From Octopus sinensis (lineage: Eukaryota): DNA of 64,000 nt. A program made the translations under genes and the position numbers. The stretch covers positions 19,964,001 through 20,028,000 of the forward strand of contig NC_043016.1 in the NCBI RefSeq assembly GCF_006345805.1, written 5' to 3'. Below, piece after piece: positions 37,475 to 45,626 of this stretch. The notes beneath the pieces are model-generated. The model was not told the DNA's origin. It ran no database searches and saw nothing but the letters and a program-made list of their open reading frames with translations. The number at the start of each line of letters is the position of its first letter. The first letter of the stretch is position 1.

Positions 37475-39379
37475 TGCATGTGTTTGTGTGTCTGTGTTTG
37501 TCCCCCTAGCATTGCTTGACAACCGATGCTGATGTGTTTACGTCCCCGTCACTTAGCGGTTCGGCAAATGAGACCGATAGAATAAGTACTGGGCTTACAA
37601 AGAATAAGTCCCGGGGTCGATTTGCTCGACTAAAGGCGGTGCTCCAGCATGGCCACAGTCAAATGACTGAAACAAGTAAAAGAGTAAAAGAGAGTATACA
37701 TGCTTGCTAATGTTCGTTAGCGTTCCAGAAAGTATATTTCTCTATGGCATTTATATAGCTGTAGTTCAGACTACGTATAATGATAACACTTAAGTAAGTT
37801 ATAAGTGACGGCTTTATCATTATATATCCTTACTTTAAAAGCTAAATAATTTTATCTATTTCCAAATAGGAAATATAATAAGTAGCATTGCATTAACTGT
37901 AAACAAACTAACTAGAAAATATACGCTATAATATATAAAATAAGGGAAACTTGGTAGCCAAACCGCTATAGGAAAATTGAATACATTTTATATATAGTTG
38001 GAGAAGGTGAAGAAAGATAAAAATATCATGGATGCTACCCATGGTGGTGGTGGTATGATTGGTTGTTGTTGTTTAATTTCTGGTCTGGTCTGAACCCAGT
38101 AAACATGTGCTCAAAAATATTCCAGCCAGAATCATCCAGGTCCAACTTTCTTTCAAGCATGGAGCATCCAGACAATATTATCTAGCATTTAAGGTGGTGA
38201 GCTGGCAGAATCAAGCAAAATGCTTAGCAGTATTTTGTCCATCTTTACATTTTGAGTTGAAATGCTGCCAAGGTTTACTTTGCCTTTCATTCTTTCAGGA
38301 TCAGTAAGATTATTAAAAGCACTGGGGTCAATGTAATCGACTTATCCTAATTCCTGAAACTGCTGGCCTTGTGCTAAAATTTGAAATCAATATTATCTAG
38401 CAGTTTTATTTATTTTAAGGAGGCTTGGCTGCTATTTCTAACTGGTCCACTGATCTTGTTGTAGCTTCTTTAACGATGACTAATTGATTAATTCATTCTT
38501 TTGAATGCTTTTACTCATTGGACTATGCCCAAACTGGGCATCAAGGGCTTAACCAATCACATCAGCCCTTATACTTCTAAATGAGTACTCATTTTATCAT
38601 CCTCTATTTGTCAAACTGCTAAGTTATGGGATATAAGCAACAGTACCAGCTTTTTAAGTAGTGTATCATCATCATCGTTTAACGTCCATTTACCATGCTA
38701 GCATGGGTTGGACGGTTCGACCGGGGTCTGGGAAGTCAGGAGGCTGCACCAGGCTCCATTCTGATCTGGCAGTGTTTCTACAGCTGGATGCCCCTTCCTA
38801 ACGCCAAGCACTCTGAGAGTGTAGTGGGTGCTTTTTACGTGCCACCTGCACAGGGGCGAGAGGAGGCTGGCAACAGCCACGATCAGTTGGTACTTTTTAC
38901 ATGCCACGGGCATGGAAGTCAGCCAAGGCGGCACTGGCATTGGCCACGTTCGGATGGTGCTTTTTACGTGCCACTGGCCATGGATACCTATAGAAAAAGG
39001 CAGATATGGAAACACACTCACATATGCACACACACACAAGCAAAACATACTTCTGACTACCAAATTTCCCATATAAGCCTATAGAAGAAAACATTTGCCA
39101 GATACCACACTTTAGGATTGAACCCAAAAAGACGTGTCTACAAAACAAACTACATAGCGACAGCCAATTCTCCTGTCTCTATGATTGATTGTGTTATATT
39201 ACTGAATTTGCGTATTTCTTTTCTTTTGTATTGACAATAAATGTTATATGTTTGTATTTTGTAGGTTTGTATTCTGCTATCCCTGCATCTATGATTACGT
39301 GAGTGAATACAAATGCTGTCCTATAACTAAATACCCATCAAATATTCAACACCTCGTCAGGATATACTCATCTGAATGA
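10889..39379 (+). CDS. PEX12: Peroxisome assembly protein 12 (peroxin-12), complete 8-exon CDS, 349 aa
   Basis: Exons 10889-11011, 18855-18963, 20248-20354, 22444-22536, 27982-28211, 30725-30911, 35632-35717, 39265-39379 sum to 1050 nt with GT-AG introns and an unbroken frame. Protein has [53 protein letters not shown] and the degenerate [32 protein letters not shown], closely matching PEX12 as I recall it. Confidence 0.96.
12136..12338. mobile_element. Mariner-like MITE (related copies at about 24603-24790 and 51605-51800)
   Basis: Ends TACGACGGGGTGCTGAAAAGTT / AACTTTTCAGCACCCC; shared internal sequence across three copies. Confidence 0.7.
12426..12842 (+). mobile_element. SINE family A, full length
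   Basis: Head, microsatellite core and tail intact. Confidence 0.88.
13450..13720. repeat. (GATA)/(GGTA) tetranucleotide satellite
   Basis: Direct reading. Confidence 0.9.
16200..17060. repeat. Degenerate 60-bp tandem array interrupted by a ~440-bp insertion (16505-16943)
   Basis: TTAACT recurs at 16256, 16315, 16375, 16435, and units resume at 16960-17060; insertion is homologous to 44175-44385. Confidence 0.75.
17584..17945 (+). mobile_element. SINE family A, nested in a pogo/Tigger-like MITE (about 17430-17957)
   Basis: SINE consensus; flanking ends TACCGTATTTT…GAGAATACGGTA. Confidence 0.75.
18035..18392 (-). mobile_element. SINE family A
   Basis: Reverse complement of family A body and tail. 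Confidence 0.82.
18855..18963 (+). CDS. PEX12: PEX12 exon 2 ([36 protein letters not shown])
   Basis: Acceptor TTTTGTAG, donor GTATGT; phase 0-1. Confidence 0.95.
19010..19212. repeat. Compound TA/TG minisatellite (28-bp unit) plus (TG)n and (AG)n
   Basis: GTGTGTATGTATATATATCTATATATGA repeated about 4 times. Confidence 0.9.
19260..19980 (-). mobile_element. Probable Gypsy LTR integrase remnant
   Basis: Broken minus-strand peptide around [20 protein letters not shown] resembles the integrase PxxPWxxVxxD region; heavily decayed. Confidence 0.4.
20248..20354 (+). CDS. PEX12: PEX12 exon 3 ([12 protein letters not shown]...KSLLFL)
   Basis: Acceptor TTTTACTAG, donor GTATGT; phase 1-0; SFxExFYGxKR motif. 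Confidence 0.95.
21187..21306 (+). pseudogene. Full-length 5S rRNA copy, probably a pseudogene/retrocopy
   Basis: GCTTACGGCCATATCAC…ACACCGGTTCTCGTCTGATCACCGAAGTTAAGC…GTTAGTACTTAGATGGGTGAC… is an unmistakable 120-nt 5S sequence. It is solitary, preceded by (TA)n, has no oligo-T terminator, and shows several apparent substitutions versus typical mollusc 5S. Confidence 0.85.
21317..21745 (+). mobile_element. SINE family A directly downstream of the 5S copy
   Basis: Starts 10 nt after the 5S end. Confidence 0.87.
21905..22310 (-). mobile_element. Older SINE family A copy
   Basis: Degenerate reverse complement of family A. Confidence 0.7.
22444..22536 (+). CDS. PEX12: PEX12 exon 4 ([11 protein letters not shown]...SIYRQ)
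   Basis: Acceptor TTTCTTTAG, donor GTGAGT; phase 0-0; VxxPY motif. Confidence 0.93.
23120..23470 (-). mobile_element. RTE 3' end (family B)
   Basis: (ATC)n-GTTTAACGTCC…CTACAGCTGGATG…. Confidence 0.75.
23715..23988 (-). mobile_element. LINE 3' ORF fragment (RTE-related), copy 1
   Basis: [23 protein letters not shown]…GLYSTLED*. Confidence 0.75.
25500..25835 (+). mobile_element. RTE 3' end (family B)
   Basis: Ends ACATTAAAC(GAT)n; tail-to-tail with 25927-26310. Confidence 0.72.
25927..27010 (-). mobile_element. Two RTE 3' end copies (25927-26310, 26458-27010)
   Basis: Family B consensus on the minus strand, including the longer UTR. Confidence 0.72.
27453..27530. repeat. (CT)n microsatellite
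   Basis: Direct reading. Confidence 0.95.
27982..28211 (+). CDS. PEX12: PEX12 exon 5 ([22 protein letters not shown]...[12 protein letters not shown]...)
   Basis: Acceptor TTCTTTCAG, donor GTAAGA; phase 0-2; overlaps ORF 27925-28215. Confidence 0.93.
28455..28797 (-). mobile_element. SINE family A, head cut at junction with RTE
   Basis: Ends at GGACTGAACCC (B-box region) and abuts the RTE fragment. Confidence 0.82.
28805..29712 (+). mobile_element. 5'-truncated RTE LINE: ORF C-terminus, long 3' UTR and (GAT)n tail
   Basis: [20 protein letters not shown]…RCLRWYGHV…[15 protein letters not shown] runs contiguously into the family B sequence. Confidence 0.88.
30030..30480 (-). mobile_element. 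LINE 3' ORF fragment (RTE-related), copy 2
   Basis: [24 protein letters not shown]…WKWIG…WNPDGYRK. Confidence 0.78.
30725..30911 (+). CDS. PEX12: PEX12 exon 6 (…[20 protein letters not shown]…[12 protein letters not shown])
   Basis: Acceptor TTTCCAG, donor GTAAGA; phase 2-0. Confidence 0.95.
31503..31723. mobile_element. piggyBac-like MITE (TTAA target); partial relatives at about 63200-63396 and 50700-50955
   Basis: TTAA|CCCTTTAG…TAAAGGG|TTAA. Confidence 0.7.
32142..32531 (-). mobile_element. SINE family A, full length
   Basis: Reverse complement ending CTCCTGCGCC. Confidence 0.88.
33370..33720 (-). mobile_element. RTE ORF 3' fragment
   Basis: [20 protein letters not shown], homologous to 28819-29175. 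Confidence 0.7.
34615..34912. repeat. Compound (TA)/(TG) microsatellite
   Basis: Direct reading; explains the stacked ORFs. Confidence 0.95.
35385..35578 (-). mobile_element. RTE 3' end (family B), 54 nt upstream of PEX12 exon 7
   Basis: Family B reverse complement. Confidence 0.82.
35632..35717 (+). CDS. PEX12: PEX12 exon 7 (first half of RING: [18 protein letters not shown])
   Basis: Acceptor TTTATTTCAG, donor GTAAGT; phase 0-2. Confidence 0.95.
36035..36377 (+). mobile_element. RTE 3' end (family B) downstream of PEX12 exon 7
   Basis: Family B sense with (GAT)n tail. Confidence 0.82.
37271..37695 (+). mobile_element. SINE family A
   Basis: Near-consensus copy. Confidence 0.88.
38665..38985 (-). 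mobile_element. RTE 3' end (family B)
   Basis: Family B reverse complement. Confidence 0.8.
39265..39379 (+). CDS. PEX12: PEX12 exon 8 ([37 protein letters not shown])
   Basis: Acceptor TTTTGTAG; stop TGA at 39377-39379. Confidence 0.95.
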
Positions 39380-40124
39380 CTTATCAGCAAAAGCAATTAC
39401 TTTACAGAAAATAGCTGATAAATTAATGATTCTTAACATTGGGGAAAAGGTCGCAAATTTTTGGAGCTGTACACACAGATATTCAAATTGATCTCAGTAT
39501 TTGATTGTATGTTTTGGGAGCCTCCCTCCAACCATTTGAATTCTAGGCGAAGTCTGCCTTGGTGGTATTTGAACCCAGCATAGCACCTAAGCACCTTGAG
39601 ATATTTTGCTCGGTGTTCCACTAAAATCCGATATATACTGTCTTCTAGCTTCCAAAAATATCGATTTGATTTCATTATTGGATTTCACATTATTCTGTAA
39701 TTAGATATTCTTATAGAATAACTAATGTTGAATAAATTAAATTAAATCAAGAAAATAAGACAAACGAGAAAGAAAAGAAAAGAAAAATATATATTTTGAA
39801 TAATTTTCTTTTATTCAGATTTTTTATATTTCAGGTAAAATATATTTTCATATTACGTATTATAAATATATAGAAATAAAATTTTTTTAAAAATTTTAAT
39901 TTAAAATATTTAATATTTTTTAATGTTTTCATATTAATTTGAATTAAATTAACAATTAGCAAGATTAAGAAACTAACGATCTCTAATTGTCATTTATGTT
40001 GTTACTACCCTTCTTTGTTTTAATATCCTCTTTTCCATGCTTGCATGGGTCAGAATGGAGTTCATTGAGACAGATTTTCCGTCTGGATGCTCTTCTTATT
40101 TCTTTACTGCCTACAAGGGGCTAA

Positions 40125-40512
40125 GGCAGAGGCGCAATGGCCCAGTGGTTAGGGCAGCGGACTCGTGTTCGTAGGATCGCAGTTTCGATTCCCAGACCGG
40201 GCATTGTGAGTGTTTATTGAGCGAAAACACCTAAAGCTCCACGAGGCTCCGGCAGGGGATGGTGGTGATCCCTGCTGTACTCTTTCACCACAACTTTCTC
40301 TCACTCTTACTTCCTGTTTCTGTTGTACCTGTATTTCAAAGGGCCGGCCTTGTCACTCTCTGTGTCACGCTGAATATCCCTGAGAACTACGTTAAGGCTA
40401 CACTTGTCTGTGGAGTGCTCAGCCACTTACACGTTAATTTCATGAGCAGGCTGTTCCGTTGATCGGATCAACCGGAACCCTCATCGTCGTAACCAACGGA
40501 GTGCTTCCATCC
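40125..40512 (+). mobile_element. Full OR-type tRNA-Arg-like SINE (tail type a), nested in a minus-strand family C SINE
   Basis: Head GGCCCAGTGGTTAGGGCAGCGGACTCG…TTTCGATTCCCAGACC; 12-bp TSD ACAAGGGGCTAA at 40113-40124 and 40513-40524. Confidence 0.88.
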
Positions 40513-40716
40513 ACAAGGGGCTAAACACAGAGAGGACAAACAAGGACAGACAAACGGATTAAGTCGATTATATCAACCCCCAGTGCATAACTTGTACTTA
40601 TTTAATCGACCCCGAAAGGATGAAAGGCAAAGTCGACCTCGGCGGAATTTGAACTCAGAACGTAGCGGCAGACGAAATACTGCTAAGCATTTCATCCGGC
40701 GTGCTAACATTTCTGC
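40513..40716 (-). mobile_element. SINE family C (core GTCGACTTTGCCTTTCATCCTTTCGGGGTCGATAAA, resembling a Meta/Sauria-type central domain)
   Basis: Reverse complement of 44540-44770 and 61936-62170. Confidence 0.8.
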
Positions 40717-40924
40717 CAGCTCACCGCCTTTCTGGATGCTTTTCTTGTCACTTGCCCTCCTCACCTGTTTCCAAACAAGGTAATATTTCCCCGTGGCTAG
40801 ACATATTTTCACGACAGATTGGAAACAAAGAACACCACTTGTATGACAGTGATACTCATTTACAATAGTGTACTGTGAAGACAAGGAAACACAAGCAAGT
40901 AGACATCCCCCTTCCCAACATATA

Positions 40925-41439
40925 CGAAGGTGAGTCAAAAAGTAATGCTATTTTGTTTAGGACAGGTATAATTACCAACACAGGAACATGTATCATACAT
41001 CAAAATGAAGCTGGTCCTCTGTGGATCACATCCCTACTTCTCAACGTAGTCACCGTTCTCTCAATAGCAATGTCCCACCTTCGAATGAGAGCATGTATCC
41101 CTGCCCTGTAAAATTCTATTTTCACTTCCCCGTCACTGGACTCTCATCTCTTTAGCCCCATGAAAGAGGATTTGAGAGGCAAACATTATTCCAGTGACCA
41201 GGAAGTGAAAAATGTAGTGAAGAAGTGACTCAAAGAACAGTCAACAGAATTTTACTGAGCAGGGATACATGCTCTCATTCGAAGGTGGAACATTGCTATT
41301 GAGAGAAACGGTGACTATGTTGAGAAATAGGGATGTGATCCACAGAGGACCAGCTTCATTTTGATGCATGATACTTGTTCCTGTGTTGGTAATTATACCT
41401 GTCCTAAACAAAATGGCATTACTTTTTGACTCACCCTCG
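40925..41439. mobile_element. Mariner-derived element with ~200-bp inverted arms
   Basis: TA|CGAAGGTGAGTCAAAAAG…CTTTTTGACTCACCCTCG|TA; right arm encodes GKHYSSDQEVKNVVKK…GIHALIRRWNIAIERNGDYVEK*. Confidence 0.85.
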
Positions 41440-41529
41440 TATGTTATGAGCAAACAGATTCTAAAGAGACATGTTAGTAAGACTTGTATTCGTAAAGTAA
41501 AATCAATGAAAAGTGTACAATGAACTTGT

Positions 41530-42950
41530 CATCATCATCATCATCATCATTTCACGTCTGCTTTCCATGCTAGCATGGGTTGGACGAATGACTGAGGGCT
41601 GGCAAACCAGATGGCTGCACCAGGCTTCAATCTTGATCTGGCAGAGTTTCTACAGCTGGATGCCCTTCCTAACGCCAACCACTCCGAGAGTGTAGTGGGT
41701 GCTTTTACGTGCCACCGGCACGGGGGCCAGTCAGGCGGTACTGGCAATGACCTCGTGCGAATCTTTTTACACATGCCACCGGCACAGGTGCCAGTAAGGC
41801 GATGCTGGTAACAATCACGCTCAAATGGTGTCTTTTACATGCCACTGGCCGCCTTGCCATGAGGAAGGAAAATCTAACATTTTGGACAGATTCCTTCTTC
41901 AGGGAAAAATTGAAAGGAAAAGAATTAATGAAAGACAGCAGAGTTTTACACCCTAAGTATTAAAAAAAAAAATACAAAAAAAACTGGGTGCTACTGGTAA
42001 GAAACAAGATCATAAGAGCTTCACACTTGAAGCTCTCTTATAAGAGAAAGGTAGGAGGAAGTAAGTAGAAGAATGAAGTGATATAGAGGGTGAGGGGAAA
42101 GGATAAGGTCAGAGGTGTCATTCATCCAGTAGTGCATTATTTTGATTAATTTAATAGAAAATCTTCAGGTTTTTGTTTGACATTCCTATAGAATACAATC
42201 AGAGATTTATCTAGTGTACCAAAAAGCATAATTTCTTTCGATTTGTATGTTTTAAGCATTGTAAATTGCAAATCTAAAATAAAAAGAATTGGAGGTAGAA
42301 AGAAGACCCACACATTTTCCATAATTTTTATTTTGACATTTTAGAAAAATTTTTAGGATTTATATTATGCATTATTTTGAGGAACCATAATTTCATGTGT
42401 TAAAAATATTGATCCGATAACTTTCAGAAGGAAGTCAGATCTGAAAACTTATGGGGAAAAGGCTACCATCCAAATAAAAGCCTTTTCTTTTCTTTTTCGT
42501 TTTTGTAGATCCATAATCTGTGATTCTTAAAGCATGGATACAAAGAAGTTATAGTTTTTTGTGTACCAGTTAATTTTGGACTCAATTGTATTGGAATGTC
42601 ATTTCATTTTCTGTTTTTTTGGTCTTCTTTAACTTATTTTAGTCAATACACAGCAGCCATTCTTAGGGCACTGCCTTGAAAGTTTGTTTTTGTCAAACAA
42701 ATTAATCTTAGTATTTATTTTCTCATCATCATCATTTCACGTCCGCTTTCCATGCTAGCATGGGTTGGACGATTTTGACTGAGGGCTGGCAAACCAGATG
42801 GCTGCACAAGGCTCCAGTCTTGATTTGGCAGAGTTTCTACAGCTGGATGCCCTTCCTAACGCCAACCACTCTGAGAGTGTAGTGGGTGCTTTTACATGCC
42901 ACCGGCGCAGGGGCCAGTCAGGCGGTACTGGCAACGACCTCGCTCGAATT
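41530..42950 (-). mobile_element. Two RTE 3' end copies (41530-41850, 42723-42950)
   Basis: Family B reverse complement; the two copies are nearly identical to each other. Confidence 0.8.
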
Positions 42951-43708
42951 TTTTTTTTTTTTTAAATTTCTGTTACCAGATCACTAAGTTACCAGACATA
43001 AACAAACCAACACTGGTTGTCAAGCAGTGGCAGGAAGAACAGACGAGACACACACACATACACAACTGGCTTTCGGTTTCCATCCTCCAAAATGCATTAA
43101 TAAGGCTTAGTTTAATTTCTGGTTGATCTGGGGCTACAGTACAGGACATTTATTTGTACTATAGGCTGACCTGGAGCTATAAGTGCAAGACATTTGTCCA
43201 AGGAGTCAAACAGTGGGATTGACCCAGAAACTTTGAGCTTTTTTTTTTTTTGGTTTTGTGGAACTTCAGTTTATTGGAATGACCTGCATTGGATAACCAC
43301 TGAGAAGATCCCAGAACTTGAGCACCACAAATACAACAGACCAAAAATTGTTACAAATCTGACTGTTCTTTGATGAATTTATTGGCTGTTTTGCCATCTT
43401 AGGAACATGTCAAATTCAGAAGTAAAACAAAAAGGAACGGTGGGTGAGGCAATAATTTATGAGTTGATTTCCTTTCTTCATAATTCAAATCAATGGGAAT
43501 CAATAGGCATTATGTTTGATTGAATAACCTGAACACTAAAGGGTTAAAGGTGGTTCGCTTGACTCAGAAACGACAGGAGAATATCAGCGAATATATGCAA
43601 ATCAAAATAGGTACCAATGTAAGACAGTAAACGAAGTACATTTCTTCTTTTCTGTTTCATTTTTTTTATGTAAATAATTTGAGAAAACTCTTCTCTATAT
43701 AAGAAACA

Positions 43709-44290
43709 GGATCTTTTCACTTTGACCGGCAGATTTTAAAAATAATTTCTATGTAACTAAACACTTTTAAACTTCGTATTCTGGTAGTGTGTTACATAAA
43801 ACATCTTTTTCTCTTGGCTTTCTTGAGAAAATTCTGTAGTTTGTAAGCTATTTGTTGTTTAATTTCTTGCATTTCGGCAATTTCAACCAATCAATGACGT
43901 CTATTGAGATGAATTCAATATCTGCTTACAAACTACAGAATTTTCTCAAGAAAGCCAAGAAAAAAAGATGTTTTATGTAACACACTACCAGTATACGAAG
44001 TTTAAAAGTGCTTAATTACATAGAAATTATTTTAAAAATCTGCCGGTCAAAGTAAAAAGATCCAAGAAACACGCAAAATCCGTTTGATTCACTTCAACAT
44101 TTAAATTTAATTTGCTAAAATATTTTTTGTCGCTTAGAGACCGCGACCTGTTCACTGACAAAATTCCGTGCACAGAGATGCAGCATGGAATTTTGTCAGT
44201 GAACAGGTCGCGGTCTCTAAGCGACAAAAAATATTTTAGCAAATTAAATTTAAATGTTGAAGTGAATCTAACGGATTTTGTGTGTTTCTT
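43709..44290. repeat. Two adjacent long inverted repeats (fold-backs) in an unclassified repeat
   Basis: Arms 43709-43848/43924-44063 and 44064-44171/44183-44290. Confidence 0.9.
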
Positions 44291-44539
44291 AAATGGCTTA
44301 TAAACACCTTCCATGCCGCAATTGTTTTCGTTCCCGCACACGATCTCAGATCAGGTCACTTGCTATGCATGTACACCTCCGTAACTCTTCTCTATGTTAT
44401 CCTGGAATCCTGACTAACAGGGCACTTGTAGCTAACTTCATCAACAGCTCTTGTGTAATTGTTTTCTTAAGCAAAGAACTGTAAATGTCAGTGTGTGTGC
44501 ACACTGGCAATATGCTTTTGCATTATTTCATCTATAATA

Positions 44540-44940
44540 AAGCGGCGAGCTGGCAGAAACGTTAGCACTCCGGGCGAAATGTGTAGCCGTATTTCATCTG
44601 CTGTTACGTTCTGAGTTCAAATTCTGCCGAGGTCAACTTTGCCTTTCATCCTTTCGGGGATGATAAATTAAGTCCAGTTACGCCCTGGGGTCGATGTAAT
44701 CGACTTAATCCGTCTGTCCTTGTTTGTCCCCTCTGTGTTTAGCCCCTTGTGGGTAGTAAAGAAATAGGTATTTCGTCTGCCGCTACGTTCTCAGTTCAAA
44801 TTAAGCCGAGGTCGACTTTGACTTTCGTCCTTTCGGAGTCTATAAATTAAGTACCAGTTGTGTTCTGGGGTCGATCTTATCGACTGGCCCCCATCCCCCA
44901 AAATTTCGGGCCTTGTGCCTAGAGTAGAAAAGATTATTTC
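44540..44940 (+). mobile_element. SINE family C, composite (two core units)
   Basis: AAGCGGCGAGCTGGCAGAAACGTTAGC head; core repeated at about 44600-44700 and 44780-44885. Confidence 0.8.
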
Positions 44941-45502
44941 ATCTATAGTACTTTTCAAAAGTATTCCAATCTTCAAAAACGATATTTAGTGAAATTCGCA
45001 CCTGCTTGGGAACCGACGTTAAAAGTTACTGTCAGTCATTTTATAACGCATGTAATAAGCCTTTGAAGTCGAAATAAAAAATTACTACTTTTACTGAACT
45101 CTCTTTTGGTTATACCATTTATTAATAATTTTAAAAATTATAGGATCCATGCCAAATTATCTCACATTTGTCCTTAGTCTAATCTATAAAATTGCGATGT
45201 TTGTGTATAATAAATCTAATAATGAATATAAAATTCTAATAATAGTTTTGTCGAACTCTTGCTTGGCTAGAGGTAGAAAAATAGTCCAAAACCTTGATAT
45301 TTAAAAATGGGCGGGGGTATGAAAGTGTACAAGCGCCTTATATTTTTCATTAGCCGCTAAAGGTTTCCTTGAAATAAATTTCGATGGTTAATGTAATATT
45401 TGAATGTTTCTAAATGATTGTGAATAGATAGGACAACAAGAGATGGAGCTGAGGGGGGAAAATAAACAAACGTTTATTAGTTTCTGAGCAGCGCACGTGA
45501 TC

Positions 45503-45515
45503 GTTGCTAAGAAAC
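45503..45515 (+). promoter_or_regulatory. RFX X-box candidate upstream of CCDC42/CFAP73
   Basis: GTTGCTAAGAAAC about 60 nt before the ATG resembles the X-box GTTNCYATGGNAAC; CACGTG at 45494-45499 is adjacent. Confidence 0.6.
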
Positions 45516-45573
45516 CTCTAAACATAATTTGATTGCATTCCTGCTAAACACGTCGGATAAAAAAATCGCAAAA

Positions 45574-45626
45574 ATGATGAGCCTAGAAGAATATTTTAAA
45601 ACCACCTTTGAGAATAAACTTCTCTT
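45574..45626 (+). CDS. CFAP73: CCDC42/CFAP73 coding exon 1 (MMSLEEYFKTTFENKLL)
   Basis: ATG at 45574; donor GTAAGT at 45627; phase 2. Confidence 0.85.

Noticed and set aside
40125-40200. tRNA genes at SINE heads (also 55745, 56478 and family A heads)
   Set aside because: No full cloverleaf; they continue into SINE bodies.
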